From: Octopus sinensis
Taxonomy: Eukaryota
Direction of reading: 5' to 3'
Length of the DNA: 64,000 bases
Assembly: GCF_006345805.1 (NCBI RefSeq)
Contig: NC_043008.1
Location: 20,956,001-21,020,000 of the forward strand
This document shows positions 1 to 13,260 of this stretch, in pieces. The translations under genes and the position numbers were made by a program. Positions within the stretch are counted from its first letter, which is position 1, and every line of letters begins with the position of its first letter. The notes under the pieces were generated by a model. That model was given only the letters and a program-made list of their open reading frames with translations, ran no database searches and had not been told where the DNA came from.

Positions 1-30
1 GTCACACTTCTGTGACCTCATCAGTGGTCC
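1..30 (-). ncRNA. Hammerhead-like core truncated by window edge
   Basis: Minus strand reads GGACCA-CTGATGA-GGTCAC-AGAAGT-GTGAC: CUGAUGA core plus helix II. The GAAA half would lie before base 1. Confidence 0.45.
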
Positions 31-324
31 TTTGCTTTCTTCTTTCTTATTTGTGTTAGGTTTACTAAATTGGTTAATTGATCAAATGAGGTAAATTGAA
101 CGAGCTAAGAAAATTAATGCTACTTTCGTTGGAGCCATTTCTGAAAAATGTACCTATAATGACTACTGGAAACACCTGTAAGCCTTATTTACTCCAATAA
201 AGGAATTATATGTAATGAACATTATTTCTAATATGTTTCTTATATATCACTTTATGACCATTATTTTAAATTTGTTTCTTATACACACACATATACATAC
301 ACATATATATTCTTTTATTCTTTT

Positions 325-561
325 GTTTGTTTCAGTCATTTGACTGCGGCCATGCTGGACCATTGCCTTTAGTCGAGCAAATCGACCCCAGGACTTATTG
401 TTTGTCAAACTAGTACTTATTCTATCGGTTTATTTTTGCCGAACCGCTAAGTTATGGGGACGTAAACACACCAGCATCGGTTGTCAAGCGATACTGGGGG
501 ACAAACACACACACACACACACACACACATACACACACACATACACACACACACATACACA

Positions 562-603
<42 letters not shown>

Positions 604-834
604 CATATATATATATACATATATTCGCCATGATAAATCGCTAGCCAGCAAACCATTTTTTTATTTTCTCTCGCTGTTTATTTCTGTCTTCCTTTCTCTT
701 CGAAGAGCGCAGGCTCGAAGCGTAAAAGACTTTCTCACTTCCCGAACGTTACACTAATACATCTGTTTGTTGTTTACACACCGGTCTTCGTCCTTTGTTT
801 TGTTTTGTTTTTGGAAATTCTCACTATATATATA

Positions 835-877
<43 letters not shown>

Positions 878-1013
878 ATATATATACGACTGTCTTCTTT
901 CAGTTTTGGAGGCTATAGTTGAAGATACTTGCCCAAGGCGCGACGCAGTGGGATTGAACCCGGAACTGTGCGGTTGTAAGTAAGGTACTTACCACATGCC
1001 CGCTCCTGTGCTT
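325..1013 (-). mobile_element. SINE-A (tRNA head, CORE-like box, internal microsatellite) with nested insertion
   Basis: Tail (gactgcggccatgctgga...ggacaaacac) at 325-520 and degenerate head at 886-1013 match the family seen more than 15 times in the window. The internal CA/TA tract is expanded and interrupted by a ~200-bp element. Confidence 0.85.
625..824 (+). mobile_element. ~190-bp TA-associated repeat carrying a degenerate hammerhead-like motif
   Basis: Homologous to 57705-57876 (gaagagcg/ataggctcgaa..cgtaaaagact...ctaatacatctgtttgtt). Both copies end at a (TA)n array. Confidence 0.7.
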
Positions 1014-1141
1014 ATGTATGCATGTATGTATGTATGTGTATATTATATATATATATATATAATATATATGTAATATACACACACATATATATATGTTGTG
1101 TGTATGTATATGTAAGTATATATATTCTGTATGTATATATG

Positions 1142-1172
<31 letters not shown>

Positions 1173-1879
1173 TTATGCATATATATATGTATAATATTAT
1201 ATACGTATATGTATACATATATGTACATATAATATATATGCACATACACTATAAAAGATATATATATATATAATATATATATATAATATAATATATAATA
1301 TATATATATGGTCTGTCGAAATATCCATTTCTCTGGCTACGTTTATCTGTGTAATTTAACTTATTACATTATCTAGTAGTCGTAAAACTGTTATTAGAGA
1401 ATAAAAAGAAATTAAGAAATTACTCGGAATTACGGTTTCTAGATGAACAATAATAAAAAAAACGATCATATCATTTTTTTTAAAAAAAATTACGTATATC
1501 AAAATTAAATCAACACTTTTAGCTTCCCCAATGTTTAACTAACACGAAACACATAATAATATTTACTACAATGATAAAAAAAATTGAAAATGTATCAGCT
1601 TTCTTTGAAACTATCTTATCAAATTATAGTAAACTAATAAGACTGCAGCATCGGATTAGATTGATTTCCTATCTTACTGCCTTATTATTGTATTTTATGA
1701 TACGAGTGTTTAGTATTAAGGACTATCCATTTCTCTTAGCATATTCATACTTTTACAAACAGGTCGTTGATATTTTCTTGTAATAGCGTATCATTCATTG
1801 AAATATCGCACAATGAAGTATTAATGAGACTGTCAATAATGAACAAAAGAATGGTTATTGTTATCTTTTGTTTAGTCTT

Positions 1880-2230
1880 TTATCTTTTATTTATTTCAGT
1901 TCATTGGATTACGGTCAGACTGAGGCACCGTTTTGAAATGTTTAGTCGAACAAAATCAACACCAGTATACACTTCTGTTTTATTTTCTTGGGCTTTTGTT
2001 ATCGTAACTGTTGTTGTTGTCGTAACTGTTGTTGTCGTTGTTGTTGTTATTAGTGGTGGTGGTGGTGGTTTTTATGATTGGTGCGTTTTTCATTTGACAA
2101 ACGGCTAAGTTACGGAGACGTAAACAAGTTAACACCGGTTGCCAAGCAGTGGTGGAAAACAACACAACTCAGAAGACATACACATGCGCACTGACGCACG
2201 CACACATACACACACACACACAAACAAACA
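1880..2230 (-). mobile_element. SINE-A, diverged 3' part
   Basis: tttcagttcattggattacggtc...gctaagttacggagacgtaaac...caccggttgccaagc, followed by a CA/TA tract. Confidence 0.6.
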
Positions 2231-2249
2231 CACCAACACACTATATATG

Positions 2250-2290
<41 letters not shown>

Positions 2291-2291
2291 T

Positions 2292-2333
<42 letters not shown>

Positions 2334-2814
2334 GTTCAAAAGTGGTTAAGAATCCATGCAAATTAAAATTACAGTAAAAATATAAATAATGTTAGAAAAG
2401 CCACAGATATATTTTAGAGAATGCTTAATAAAATATAACCGGTTTCGATGTGTCCCTCTTATGAAATATTAAAAGAATTTTGGTCGGGGACACAGAAAGG
2501 AAGAAATTTAGGGATGAGGTTTAACAGTTTGTACCAATATCTAAGAACTCAGATATGGGTACAAACTATTAAAACCCCCAAAAATGTGTTTCTTTCTGAT
2601 TCCCAAAAACAGTTCCAATATTTGATGGAGGACACAACAAGATCGGTTATATTTCATTTAGCATTTTCTGAAATATACTTCGGCGCCTTTTCCAATTTTA
2701 TTTACCTTTCTAACAACACGCACGCACGCACACACGTGTGTATATATATAATATATATATATATAATATATATATATATATATACACGTGTGTGTAATAA
2801 TATATATATATAAT

Positions 2815-2877
<63 letters not shown>

Positions 2878-3042
2878 GTGTATATTATATATATATAATC
2901 AAAATAAGCAACAAGAATATCTTCGGTAATTTGGTACGATCGTTTCACACTACATCATTTTATTAAACATTGTAAGTATTACAAAGAATTCTGGTGCATC
3001 TAACTTAAGTACCATATTCATTTGAATCTAAATTTTGCTGAA

Positions 3043-3082
<40 letters not shown>

Positions 3083-3105
3083 ATTAGGTACTAATTTTGG
3101 TGTAT

Positions 3106-3161
3106 TTCCACTGATGAAAGCAAAGTATTTTATTACTAAGCCTGAAATCGTTGATTTGGAG
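3106..3161 (+). ncRNA. Degenerate type I hammerhead ribozyme motif
   Basis: TTCCA-CTGATGA-[AAGCAAAGTA ttttat TACTAAGCCT]-GAAA-TCGTTGA-TT-TGGAG. Helix I has 5 bp, helix II pairs 7/10, and helix III is short. Confidence 0.5.
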
Positions 3162-3489
3162 TTAAACATTCAGTTTTTGCTAATTTCTTTGTTCCTGCTA
3201 TATGAATACATGAGGTGGTTCTAGAATCAGTTTTGATTGCTATTTCTGGTCTGGTGCTGCCTCTTCGGTACCCTTAATTATAATTATTATAATTATATAT
3301 TATTATATGTCTATTATAATTATTGCCCATACGGTAATATATAATTTTTTTCCATGCTGGCCACTTAATATGATCGTTATTCTAAATAAGGATCTTATCC
3401 TTTATATATGTGTGTGAGTGTGTGTACGCGTGTACGTCTGTGTGTATGCATGTGAATTTGTATGTATGTTTGCATGTATTTATGTATAC

Positions 3490-3625
3490 ACCACGAGCTT
3501 CCACTCAGTTTCCGTCGGTCAAATTCACTCGCAATTTTTTGGTCACGTGGCTATAATAGAAGACTTTCCCAAGGTGCCGCGGTGTAGGACTGAACCCGAA
3601 ACCACATGGTTGCAAAGCGACCTTA
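3490..3625 (-). mobile_element. SINE-A head fragment
   Basis: tcagtttccgtc...cccaaggtgcc...ggactgaacccgaaaccacatggtt matches the SINE-A 5' half. Confidence 0.7.
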
Positions 3626-4017
3626 TTGCCGACACTGAAAACAATGAAGAAAACGGGACAAACTAATCATCGTATTAGAATTAAGCTCATTAGAAATATA
3701 TGAGCTATGGAATTAAGCATCTATTAGTCAGTTGCGGTCAGAAACAGGTTCAATGTACGATAACACAAGCGGACCGGAATAACTAACAGCATTGGATGCT
3801 TAGAACTGCTGGGGGACTGGATACTAAAAGAAAAGAGAAAACTTTCCTCTCGCTTTTTCGAATCTATGAATTTTAAATTATTGCCACGAACTGTTGAAAT
3901 ATTAATTATACAATATTTCCGACACTTCTGCACCAATGTGTTGAATATACACTTCTCAATCAAATTTAATTACGTAATCCTCATCGGCTGCTATTGACTG
4001 ATTTGTATCACGCATTC

Positions 4018-4050
<33 letters not shown>

Positions 4051-4178
4051 ATATATAATATTATATATATATATTTATATATATTAATTTATTATTATAC
4101 ATGTTATATATATGTTATGTATGCGTGTGTGGTCTGTATATATATTATATAGTGTGTGTGTGTGTATGTGTGTGTGAA

Positions 4179-4491
4179 AGACCTGATATAATGATCTGGG
4201 ATAGTGATGAGAAACTGTGTAACAGTTTTGTGTTTGCAAATTAGCTGCCACGATTTAACGTAAAACTGAAGATCAGCGAAAAAGAGAATACCTACGTTGA
4301 ACTATTGAGAAATCTGAAATTACTCTAAGCTCAGATATATACCTGTAATTATTGGAGCATTGGGATATGTAACACACTGCTTAAATACCAATTCTGAGAA
4401 ATTAGACTTCTCAAAACCAGAAAGTAGAAAGCTGATTTGAAGACTTCAAATCCAATCCATCACTGGAACTGTAAAATTCTGTAAAACATTC
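4179..4491 (+). pseudogene. Non-LTR retrotransposon restriction-like endonuclease (RLE) C-terminus, decayed
   Basis: Translates with stops and a frameshift as RPDIMIWD...EKENTYVELLRNL / PVIIGALGYV...LQIQSITGTVKFCKTF. The PD..(D/E)xK and PVxxGALG motifs are typical of R4/Dong-type RLE elements. Confidence 0.75.
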
Positions 4492-4509
4492 TCTTTCTCT
4501 CTCTTTTAC

Positions 4510-4886
4510 CCTTTTACTAGTTTCAGTAATTTGACTGTGGCAATGCTGGAGCACCGCCTTTTAGTCGAGCAAATCGACCCCAGGACTTATTCTTTGTAAG
4601 CCTAGTACTTATTCTATCGGTCACTTTTAACGAACCGCTAAGTTGCGGGGACGTAAACACACTAGTATCGGTTGTCAAGCGATGTTGGGAGGACAAACAC
4701 AGACACACAAACATATACATACATCATATTATATATATAATACATATATACGACAGGCTTCTTTCAGTTTCCGTCAACCAAATCCACTCACAAAGGCTTG
4801 GCGGCCCGGGCTATATAGAATACACTTGCCCAAGGTGCCATGTGGTTGGTAAGCAAGCTACTTGCCACACAGCCACTCCTGCACCT
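4510..4886 (-). mobile_element. SINE-A, near full length with a deletion in the head
   Basis: Matches the family from tail (tttcagtaatttgactgtggc) to head (ccacacagccactcctgcacct). Confidence 0.9.
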
Positions 4887-5350
4887 ATCCAGAAGTTTAT
4901 CATTTAAGTATATATGAGCATTTCTTGATATGCAAGTATATGCATGAGAAAACATGCATAAAACAAAACGTATACGTGCATAGAAAAATACCCTGTAATT
5001 AATGATGAAGTTCCACTGAAGGAGCTTTGAATCTAGGTCAGAAAGTAGCTCTTTTTCTATTGGCAAGAAATCTTGAAATAAAACTGAATAATTACATCCA
5101 TATGAGCATGTCTGTGTGCATAGACGATGCAAAGTATCTGCAAATATAGAGGCATTAAAATGTTGAAGTTGAAATTAAGCTAAACATTAATTTTAATATT
5201 CTTTTAAAGAATTAAAGATAAGAAAAACAAACACATTTTCCATGGGTGTTTACAGTGCTGAAAGACACTATACTTTACCAACAGTTCGGGCTTAGTATTT
5301 CCTTGGATTAAACCATCCCTTCCTGGGGTTCACATAACCTCTAATCGAAT

Positions 5351-5440
<90 letters not shown>
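5351..5440. repeat. (GATA)n microsatellite
   Basis: Pure tagata/gata array. Confidence 0.97.
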
Positions 5441-5441
<1 letters not shown>

Positions 5442-5872
5442 CAGACGAAGGATGTCAGCTCATTACAACTGTTTCTTTCGCATATCTTAATAGAATGAGA
5501 ACATTAATCCATTGCAAAAAACCGTAATCATCAGATGAAACGTAAGTTTACAGACAAAAGAATATCCCAAGAATACAGCAGGGATGTTTGCTGAAGTCTG
5601 TCGAAGCTAACTGTGAAATCAAGCAAAGATATATACATAGGCCGACTTGTCGGACAACTTACTGTATACCAACAACGTACAATTCAACGTAACACGAGCT
5701 TTGGACCAGCCCCTAGGTGCTGAATTCTCATAGGGTTGGTTTTCTCTGTGTACACAACCGGAATACCCTATTTGATTCTTACCAACCATAATGCGGAACC
5801 GCAGGTATGTTCAACCCTACCTTGTGCATATTCTTTCAATTACCTGATTCGACTGAATCCTTATTTTACTAT

Positions 5873-6638
5873 ATATATATAGTCTAATGACTAATTCGTC
5901 TTTTGTGCTAGGTCACTGGTAATAAAATTTATTTTTTATTACCATATTTTATTAGGTATATATAATATATATATATATTATTATATATATATATATATAT
6001 ATATATTATTATATAATATATAATATATATATATGTATATATAAGTAAAATAAGACAGGGTAGAAATGCTAAAATAATTTTATCATGAAGAACATTTTAG
6101 TTCCGGTTTCAGTCTTTGTGACTTTTTCAACTTAGAGTAAAGCATGAAAAACAGTTAAATTTTGGAGGAATTAAATGAAATTAAAAAAAGAATGTTTCCA
6201 TGTTTTCAAATGCAAGTGACATTTTCCATTTTTTCTGTCTGTTTCTGTCTCTTCTTTTTTGCTCATACACACACACACACGCATATATTATATATATATA
6301 TAATATATATATTATATATATAATATATAATATATATATATTATATATATATATATTATTATATATATTAGATATATATATATATATATATAATATATGC
6401 GTGTGTGTGTGTGTGTATGAGCAAAAAAAGAGAGACAGTAACAGACAGAAAAAATGGAAAATGTCACTTGCATTGAAAACTATGGAAACATTCTTTTTTT
6501 AATTTCATTTAATTCCTCCAAAATTTAACTGTTTTTCATCCTTTACTCTAAGTTGAAAAAGTCACAAAGACTGAAACCGGAACTAAAATGTTCTCATGAT
6601 AAAATTATTTTAGCATTTTCTACCCTGTCTATTTTACT

Positions 6639-6694
<56 letters not shown>

Positions 6695-6775
6695 ATAAAA
6701 TATGGTAATAAAAATAAATTATTATTACCAGTGACCTAGCACAAAAGACGAATTAGTCATTAGACTATATATTAT
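5873..6775. repeat. ~900-bp palindrome centred on a (TA)n array
   Basis: 5873-5958 and 6030-6285 are reverse complements of 6691-6775 and 6395-6650, with TA arrays at ~5960-6030, ~6285-6395 and ~6650-6690. Confidence 0.9.
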
Positions 6776-7149
6776 TCATATAGAAATACAATAAAAGGCT
6801 TCCAAATAAGGAAGCGTAGTGCTAGAAACACAAAAAGGGTTAAATTCATGAAAGGAATGAAAATTTAAAACACTTGCCATTTCATCTATATCCTAGACCG
6901 ACGGTTTCTACCTATTTTTAGCAAACAAACAGAATATATTTGCCATGGCAAGGTTCTTCAGTAGGAAGCCTTCGTAATCCTAGATGCACAGACTGTTAGA
7001 AGCACGTGTATATCTAACGGTTTGTATATCCTAACTTTTCAAACCTCTGCGCAGACGCAAATCATACCCGGCGACAGAGAGGATGCCGGTAAAAAAATTT
7101 ACGAACACATTTATCAAGCAATATTTAAACATAATAAAATATGGTAATA
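6691..7149 (-). mobile_element. ~439-nt non-coding hammerhead-bearing unit, permutation 1
   Basis: A 20-nt terminal direct repeat cataataaaatatggtaata lies at 6691-6710 and 7130-7149. The unit contains the hammerhead at 6891-6966 and ends at (TA)n. Confidence 0.8.
6891..6966 (-). ncRNA. Type I hammerhead ribozyme motif
   Basis: Minus strand: TCCTA-CTGAAGA-ACCT...(extended helix II)...AGGT-A-GAAA-CCGTCGG-TC-TAGGA. It has a perfect 5-bp helix I, a GUC cleavage triplet and one extra base before GAAA. Confidence 0.7.
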
Positions 7150-7710
7150 TCTAGGATATAGCTGAAATGGTAAATGTTTTTAATTTTCCTTCCTTTCATC
7201 AATTTATCCCTTTTTGTGTTTCTAGCACTACGCTTCCTTATTTGGAAGCCTCTTATTGTATTTCTATATGAATAATATATAGTCAAATGACTAATTCGTC
7301 TTTTGTGCTAGGTCACTGGTAATAATAATTTATTTTTTATTGCCATATTTTATTATGTTTAAATATTGCTTGATAAATTTGTTCGTAAATTTTTTTTACC
7401 GGCATCCTCTCTGTCGCCGGGTATGATTTGCGTCTGCGCAGAGGTTTGAAAAGTTAGGATATACAAACCGTTAGATATACACGTGCTTCTAACAGTCTGT
7501 GCATCTAGGATTACGAAGGCTTCCTACTGAAGAACCTTGCCTTGGCAAATATATTCTGTTTGTTTGCTAAAAAAATAGGTAGAAACCGTTCGGTCTGGGA
7601 TATAGCTGAAATGGCAAGTGTTTTTAATTTTCATTCCTTCCATGAATTTATCCCTTTTTGTGTTTCTAGCACTACGCTTCCTTATTTGGAAGCCTTTTAT
7701 TGTATTTCTA
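7150..7710 (+). mobile_element. ~444-nt non-coding hammerhead-bearing unit plus ~115-nt direct repeat, permutation 2
   Basis: 7152-7266 (taggatatagctgaaatgg...ttgtatttcta) is repeated at 7596-7710. The copy starts 2 nt before the predicted cleavage site and ends at (TA)n. Confidence 0.8.
7522..7600 (+). ncRNA. Type I hammerhead ribozyme motif
   Basis: TCCTA-CTGAAGA-ACCT...AGGT-A-GAAA-CCGTTCGG-TC-TGGGA. Helix I has 5 bp including one G-U pair, and the triplet is GUC. Confidence 0.68.
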
Positions 7711-7738
7711 TATATATACATATATATATATATATACG

Positions 7739-7774
<36 letters not shown>

Positions 7775-7775
<1 letters not shown>

Positions 7776-7935
7776 TCAATAGGTTTCAACTCAGTTTCCG
7801 TCACCTAAATTCCCTCACAAGACATTGCTCAACCCGGGGCCATAGTGGAAGAGATTTGCGCAAGATGTCATGCAGTGGGATTGAACCTGGAAACATATGA
7901 TAGTAAATTTAGGTTCTTAGTCATACAGCCGTGTC
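7775..7935 (-). mobile_element. SINE-A head fragment
   Basis: tcagtttccgtc...gcaagatgtcatgcagtgggattgaacctggaaac. Confidence 0.7.
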
Positions 7936-8589
7936 TGTATGTATATTTATGGTTTCATAAACAAGAATAGAATTATAATAGAACATTAGATAAACATTAT
8001 ATATAACAAGCATTTTCCTTGTTTGCCCATGCGTTAGTTAATTGTTTAACCTTATTTGTTTAGAAATGTATAGATCAATGAATGGTCACTGTTTTTGACC
8101 TTTCACCCGAGACATTTAATAACCTGTTAAATATCTTTAATAATGGAATAAAGCTGAATGGATGGAAAATTGTGACTATATAAATGTACGTGTATGTGAG
8201 TGTCTGTATATTTACCTCTCTCTCTCTCTCTCACTCTGTACCTTTCTCACTCTTTCTCTATCTCTCTCTGTATCTCTGTCTGTGTCTCTCTCCCTGTATG
8301 AAAATATGCATGTATATGCAGCTAAGTCTATCTTATATTATTTTCATAGAGGCTCGCTGCGACTCATTTCCCTACTCACTTTTCAGAAGAATGAAAAATA
8401 AACATATATATTAGTAAGAATCCAAATCAATATAATTATTTAACTTCTTATTTAATTGCGAGAATTACAATTTTTATTTCAAATTTTATTTTTTTAGATA
8501 TATTAGTCTTATTTGTTGATAGTTTGAGTTAATATATATTTAGTTAAATTAATCTTTATATCTTTTGATGGAGATACGATTCACTAGGT

Positions 8590-9030
8590 ATCACATGTAT
8601 AGAGTTAAACTATTTTCGCTCTCATTGTTGATTAATTTCTGCTTGGCTGTAATGATCTGAAAACTTTCTTCTACGCGTAAGTCACACCTTTTGCTTCCAA
8701 TGCTGTAAGATTTTGCCCGGCTAATTCCCACTTCAGCGTATAGTCCTTATTTTTGTCCTTAATTGCCCAACTTAAACTTAAACTAGTGCTAGCTTTCATG
8801 GTTGGCTATCCTGCTTTTTATATAATATTCTGTGGAGCTTATATAGTAGTAATCCTGCCCATCAGACACTACTTTCTTCTTTACCAAAATTTCTTAAAGT
8901 ACATCTATTTTTTATTGACACAATCATAGCTTTTATTTTCACGATTTTCGCTGTTTCCTTATTAATAATGTTGTGTCTATTTTTCTCGTTTTCAGGGGTT
9001 TTTTCGTTATATATTTCTTGTGTTATGAGT
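8590..9030 (-). pseudogene. Penelope-like element GIY-YIG endonuclease remnant
   Basis: Minus-strand translation with frameshifts and stops gives DCVNKNRC...VVSDGQDYYYISSTEYYIKSRIANH, then STSLSLSWAIKDKNKDYTLKW, then AKSYSIGSKRCDLRVEESFQI...LINNESE. This follows the motif order of C-terminal PLE endonucleases. Confidence 0.65.
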
Positions 9031-9374
9031 TTTAACTAATGAATTATCTCCTTCTTCTTTCCTTTTCTTATCTACCTTATATAGTATTTATATAGTAACT
9101 TATTTTAAAATAACCATCAATAAACCCTAATATTAACACAAATTATCAAATTCCAGAAAATTAATCAATATGGAGATAAACTGTCCTATGCTTGGATGAA
9201 ATACATCCCGGTTAAGGACCGACCTCTTTGCATTCGAAACTTAATGTAAATAAATATATATGTGCGTGTGTATTTGTGTGTGTGTACATGTATATATGTA
9301 TATTATATATATTATATATGTATACATATTATATATACATATGTAAATATGTATATATTATATATATGTGTGTG

Positions 9375-9410
<36 letters not shown>

Positions 9411-10129
9411 CGTGTATTATATTAGCCCTGTGTATATACAGACGAAATTGCTGACCAAGAAGAGTAAACAATTGAAAGTCAACACATTTGACATAGATTT
9501 AGATACAATGCAAACACTTAATTGTTTTTTCTCTACAATGTATTCGTATTGCTACAGTAGCCTAGTTATCCGTCTATTGATAATAATAGGCTATTAGCGC
9601 TTATGGCCGAAAGATCAGTGACATTGGTGATTCATTGTAATATATTTTTGAACAGGGTCGAGTAATTATAGTGTCAGTGATCTCATATAAAGAGTTATTT
9701 GTCTTTATAAAAAGTGTACTTTTGTGTTGCTTTATAACACCCCACTTCTCATCTGTGGTGATTTATGTCAATGTAAACCGACCATATTACTCGACTGGTA
9801 TTTTATTTTATCGATACCTTCAAGATGTATGAAGGCCTGTTTGCCAATCTTTAATGTCTCTCTCTTTCCCTCTCACTATTTACACACACGTCCTCATGCG
9901 CCTATGCACGCACACATATACGTTGAATATATTTATATTGTGTGTGTGTGTGTAGGTATGCGTGTTGGGTAAACAGTGACAATATGTCCGTATAATATCA
10001 AAGTGATATATGAGATTGCATATATCGGCACAAGCGCCTATATGCACTTGTATGAGTGCGTCTATGTGTTTGCGTGCGTGTAAGTCTCTGAGTAAATGAC
10101 TGTATCTATGTACAACTATGGATATGGAC

Positions 10130-10152
10130 TATGCGTGTGTGTATATATATGG

Positions 10153-10199
<47 letters not shown>

Positions 10200-10391
10200 C
10201 ATGAGCGTATATGCGTGTGTGTGTATATCATATATATATGATATATATATTTATTTATGTATATATATATATACATTTATATATATATATATATTTATAT
10301 ATATATGAATATATATATTTATATATATATGAATATATATTTATATATACATATAATATTATATATATATGAATATATATATTTATATATA

Positions 10392-10428
<37 letters not shown>

Positions 10429-10665
10429 CACATATATATTTGTATATAAAAATATATGTATGTATAAATATATATATATGTAAGTATGTATGTATACGCA
10501 CACACACACATACGTACATATATATATATATGTTATATATATATGTATGTATATATATATATATATATATATATTCTATATATATATATATATATATAAT
10601 ATATATATATAATATATATATATATATATCATATATATAATATACATATATATATTATATATATA
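10130..10665. repeat. Compound (TA)n/(CA)n microsatellite block
   Basis: Interrupted TA/CA dinucleotide arrays that give rise to the YI/HT ORFs. Confidence 0.95.
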
Positions 10666-11593
10666 TGGGGTGTATGGAACAGAGCATATATTTTACAGCT
10701 GACAGTTGCAAGATGATAAACGAGATAATTTCAATGGAAGAATACTAAGCAAAGAAACTCTTAATCACAGCAGCAAGAGAGACTAACATTTTCACCCACC
10801 CTTGACCATCACTACTGCACTCTTCATAGTTTCCGAAGGCCATCACCGCCACTGCCACCACATAAGGTAATTATACTGGTGTATCTCAAGCAATATGGTT
10901 ATGGTACAATATAGAAAGAAAGATAATAGAGCAGCGCCGTCTGTTGGAAAGGTTAAAAAGGTTAATGAGAGGGGTGACATATTGTAACTGAATAAATCAA
11001 AAGAAGTTACGTTAAGTAAAAAGTTAAAAGTACTTAAGTCTCAGGCAAGGGATGGCGAAAAAGTGAAAAAATTGTAAAAGTGAATAAGTGAAAAAGTGTG
11101 AAAAAGTGATTTTTGTTTTTGAGCTTTATAAACTTTACAAAGTTCACAAAATATCCGAGGAATAAGTTTCTGGAACAATTCATAAAATGTCAAAAATTCT
11201 TAAAGGATCTCGAAAAAATTTGGACCTTTCAGAGACACGAAATTATAGAGTTTCAAAGTTTTAAAGATTTTAAGGATTGAAAGTATTAAAGAATTCAAGT
11301 TTATATAGATAGACATACAGACAGACAGAGAAATAGATAGATGATATATAAGAAAGTAAATAAATAGATGGATAGATGATAGGTAGATACGAAATTAAAT
11401 GGATAGAGGGATGGATAGATAGATAGATAGATAGATACATACATACATACATACATACATACATACATACATAAAAGATAGATTGATTGATTGACTGATA
11501 GATTGGTAGGCAGATAAATAGATGGGAAGGTAGTTAAATAGATAGTTACGTTGTAATCTATCTTACAATACTATACTACTTAAGATATATCAC

Positions 11594-11630
<37 letters not shown>

Positions 11631-11764
11631 GTCTTATCTTTTATTTTAGGCAGCGTCCAACCAAGCTGGTACACCGTCTTTTACATTTTTAGCCACATGA
11701 ATCGACCCCCCCCCCGATATTCATACATACATATACATATACATATGCATATTTATGTAGTCAC

Positions 11765-11971
<207 letters not shown>

Positions 11972-12635
11972 TCCATAGATGAGATCCAGAGATTCTCAGC
12001 ATACAAGACAGAAGTCTTTCATTTTTTTTTTTTTTTGTCGTTTGTACTTTGCGTAAGTTGGAGCTATCAGAATAAATAACATTTCCACCCACCCTTGACC
12101 ATCACTGCTCCATTCTTCATAGATGAAGGCCATCACCGCCGCTGCCACCACATAAGATAATTGTGCTGGTGTATCTCAATCTATCTATCTATCTATATAT
12201 CCATCCATCTGTTTATTTAATTTCCTATCTACCTATCATCTATCCATCTATCTATTTACTTTCCTATCTATCATGTATATATATATATATATATATATCT
12301 TGAAAAACTCTATGGATGTTTGTGGGTAACTGAAATATCTCAGAAATAGTATATTTTATCGTAATGTATATATCTATATATTTATACTTAAATATTCATC
12401 GCCTGAAAGTCTCTACTTTTTGCTTTCGCTCGTTTGGCATGTATATAGATATATATATATATTGTATTTTATATTCAAACTGTTATATTTAGTATATCTA
12501 ATTTGTTTATCCACATAATTGCCTCTCTCTCTCTCTCTAAATATATATGTGTGTATGTGTGTTTGTGTGTGTATGTTTGTGTGAGTGTGTATGTGTGTGT
12601 ATGCGTATGCGTGTATTTGAATACATGTGCGTGAG

Positions 12636-12718
<83 letters not shown>

Positions 12719-13260
12719 TCGTGCATGCTAAGAATTTCATCAATCTCTCAACAAACCAATATTCGGAATATCTATATTTATTGTTTCTACCAATTCGAAA
12801 GACAATACCATGTCGATTTGTTGCAAAAAGAATAAATAATAAATAAATGCAGAATAATTTAGTTGCCAAATGAATGAATACTTTTCGCTCAAAAATGAAA
12901 TTCCAAACGAAAATTGATTGTTGAACCTTTCAAACACTCACGACTTTTCTACTCTCGACTCGTAAATATATCTTTCATCTTTCATCTTTCAGTAAATATA
13001 TTGTTGTCTGATAAATTCGTTGGCACTCAATCGTCATATGTCTGGAAACAGGTAAAAAAAAAAAATACCCAAATTTCAAAAACGATAAACGAAATCTCGT
13101 ATCGGAAGAACAGAGTTATATAAAAAAAAATTCCATAAATCACAACGATAAAAATATTTTTCTTATTGATTCAAATAACAGTAGAAAAAATAAAAAATAA
13201 AATGAAAATCAACGAAAGAATTTATCTGACAGCCGTATATAAACGAACAGCAGTTCCTAG

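Noticed and set aside
6545-6590. TTGAAAA-AGTC/GACT-GAAA-CCGG motif (mirror at ~6095-6135); similar remnants on the minus strand at ~2440 and ~2940
   Set aside because: Core and cleavage triplet are too degenerate to call.
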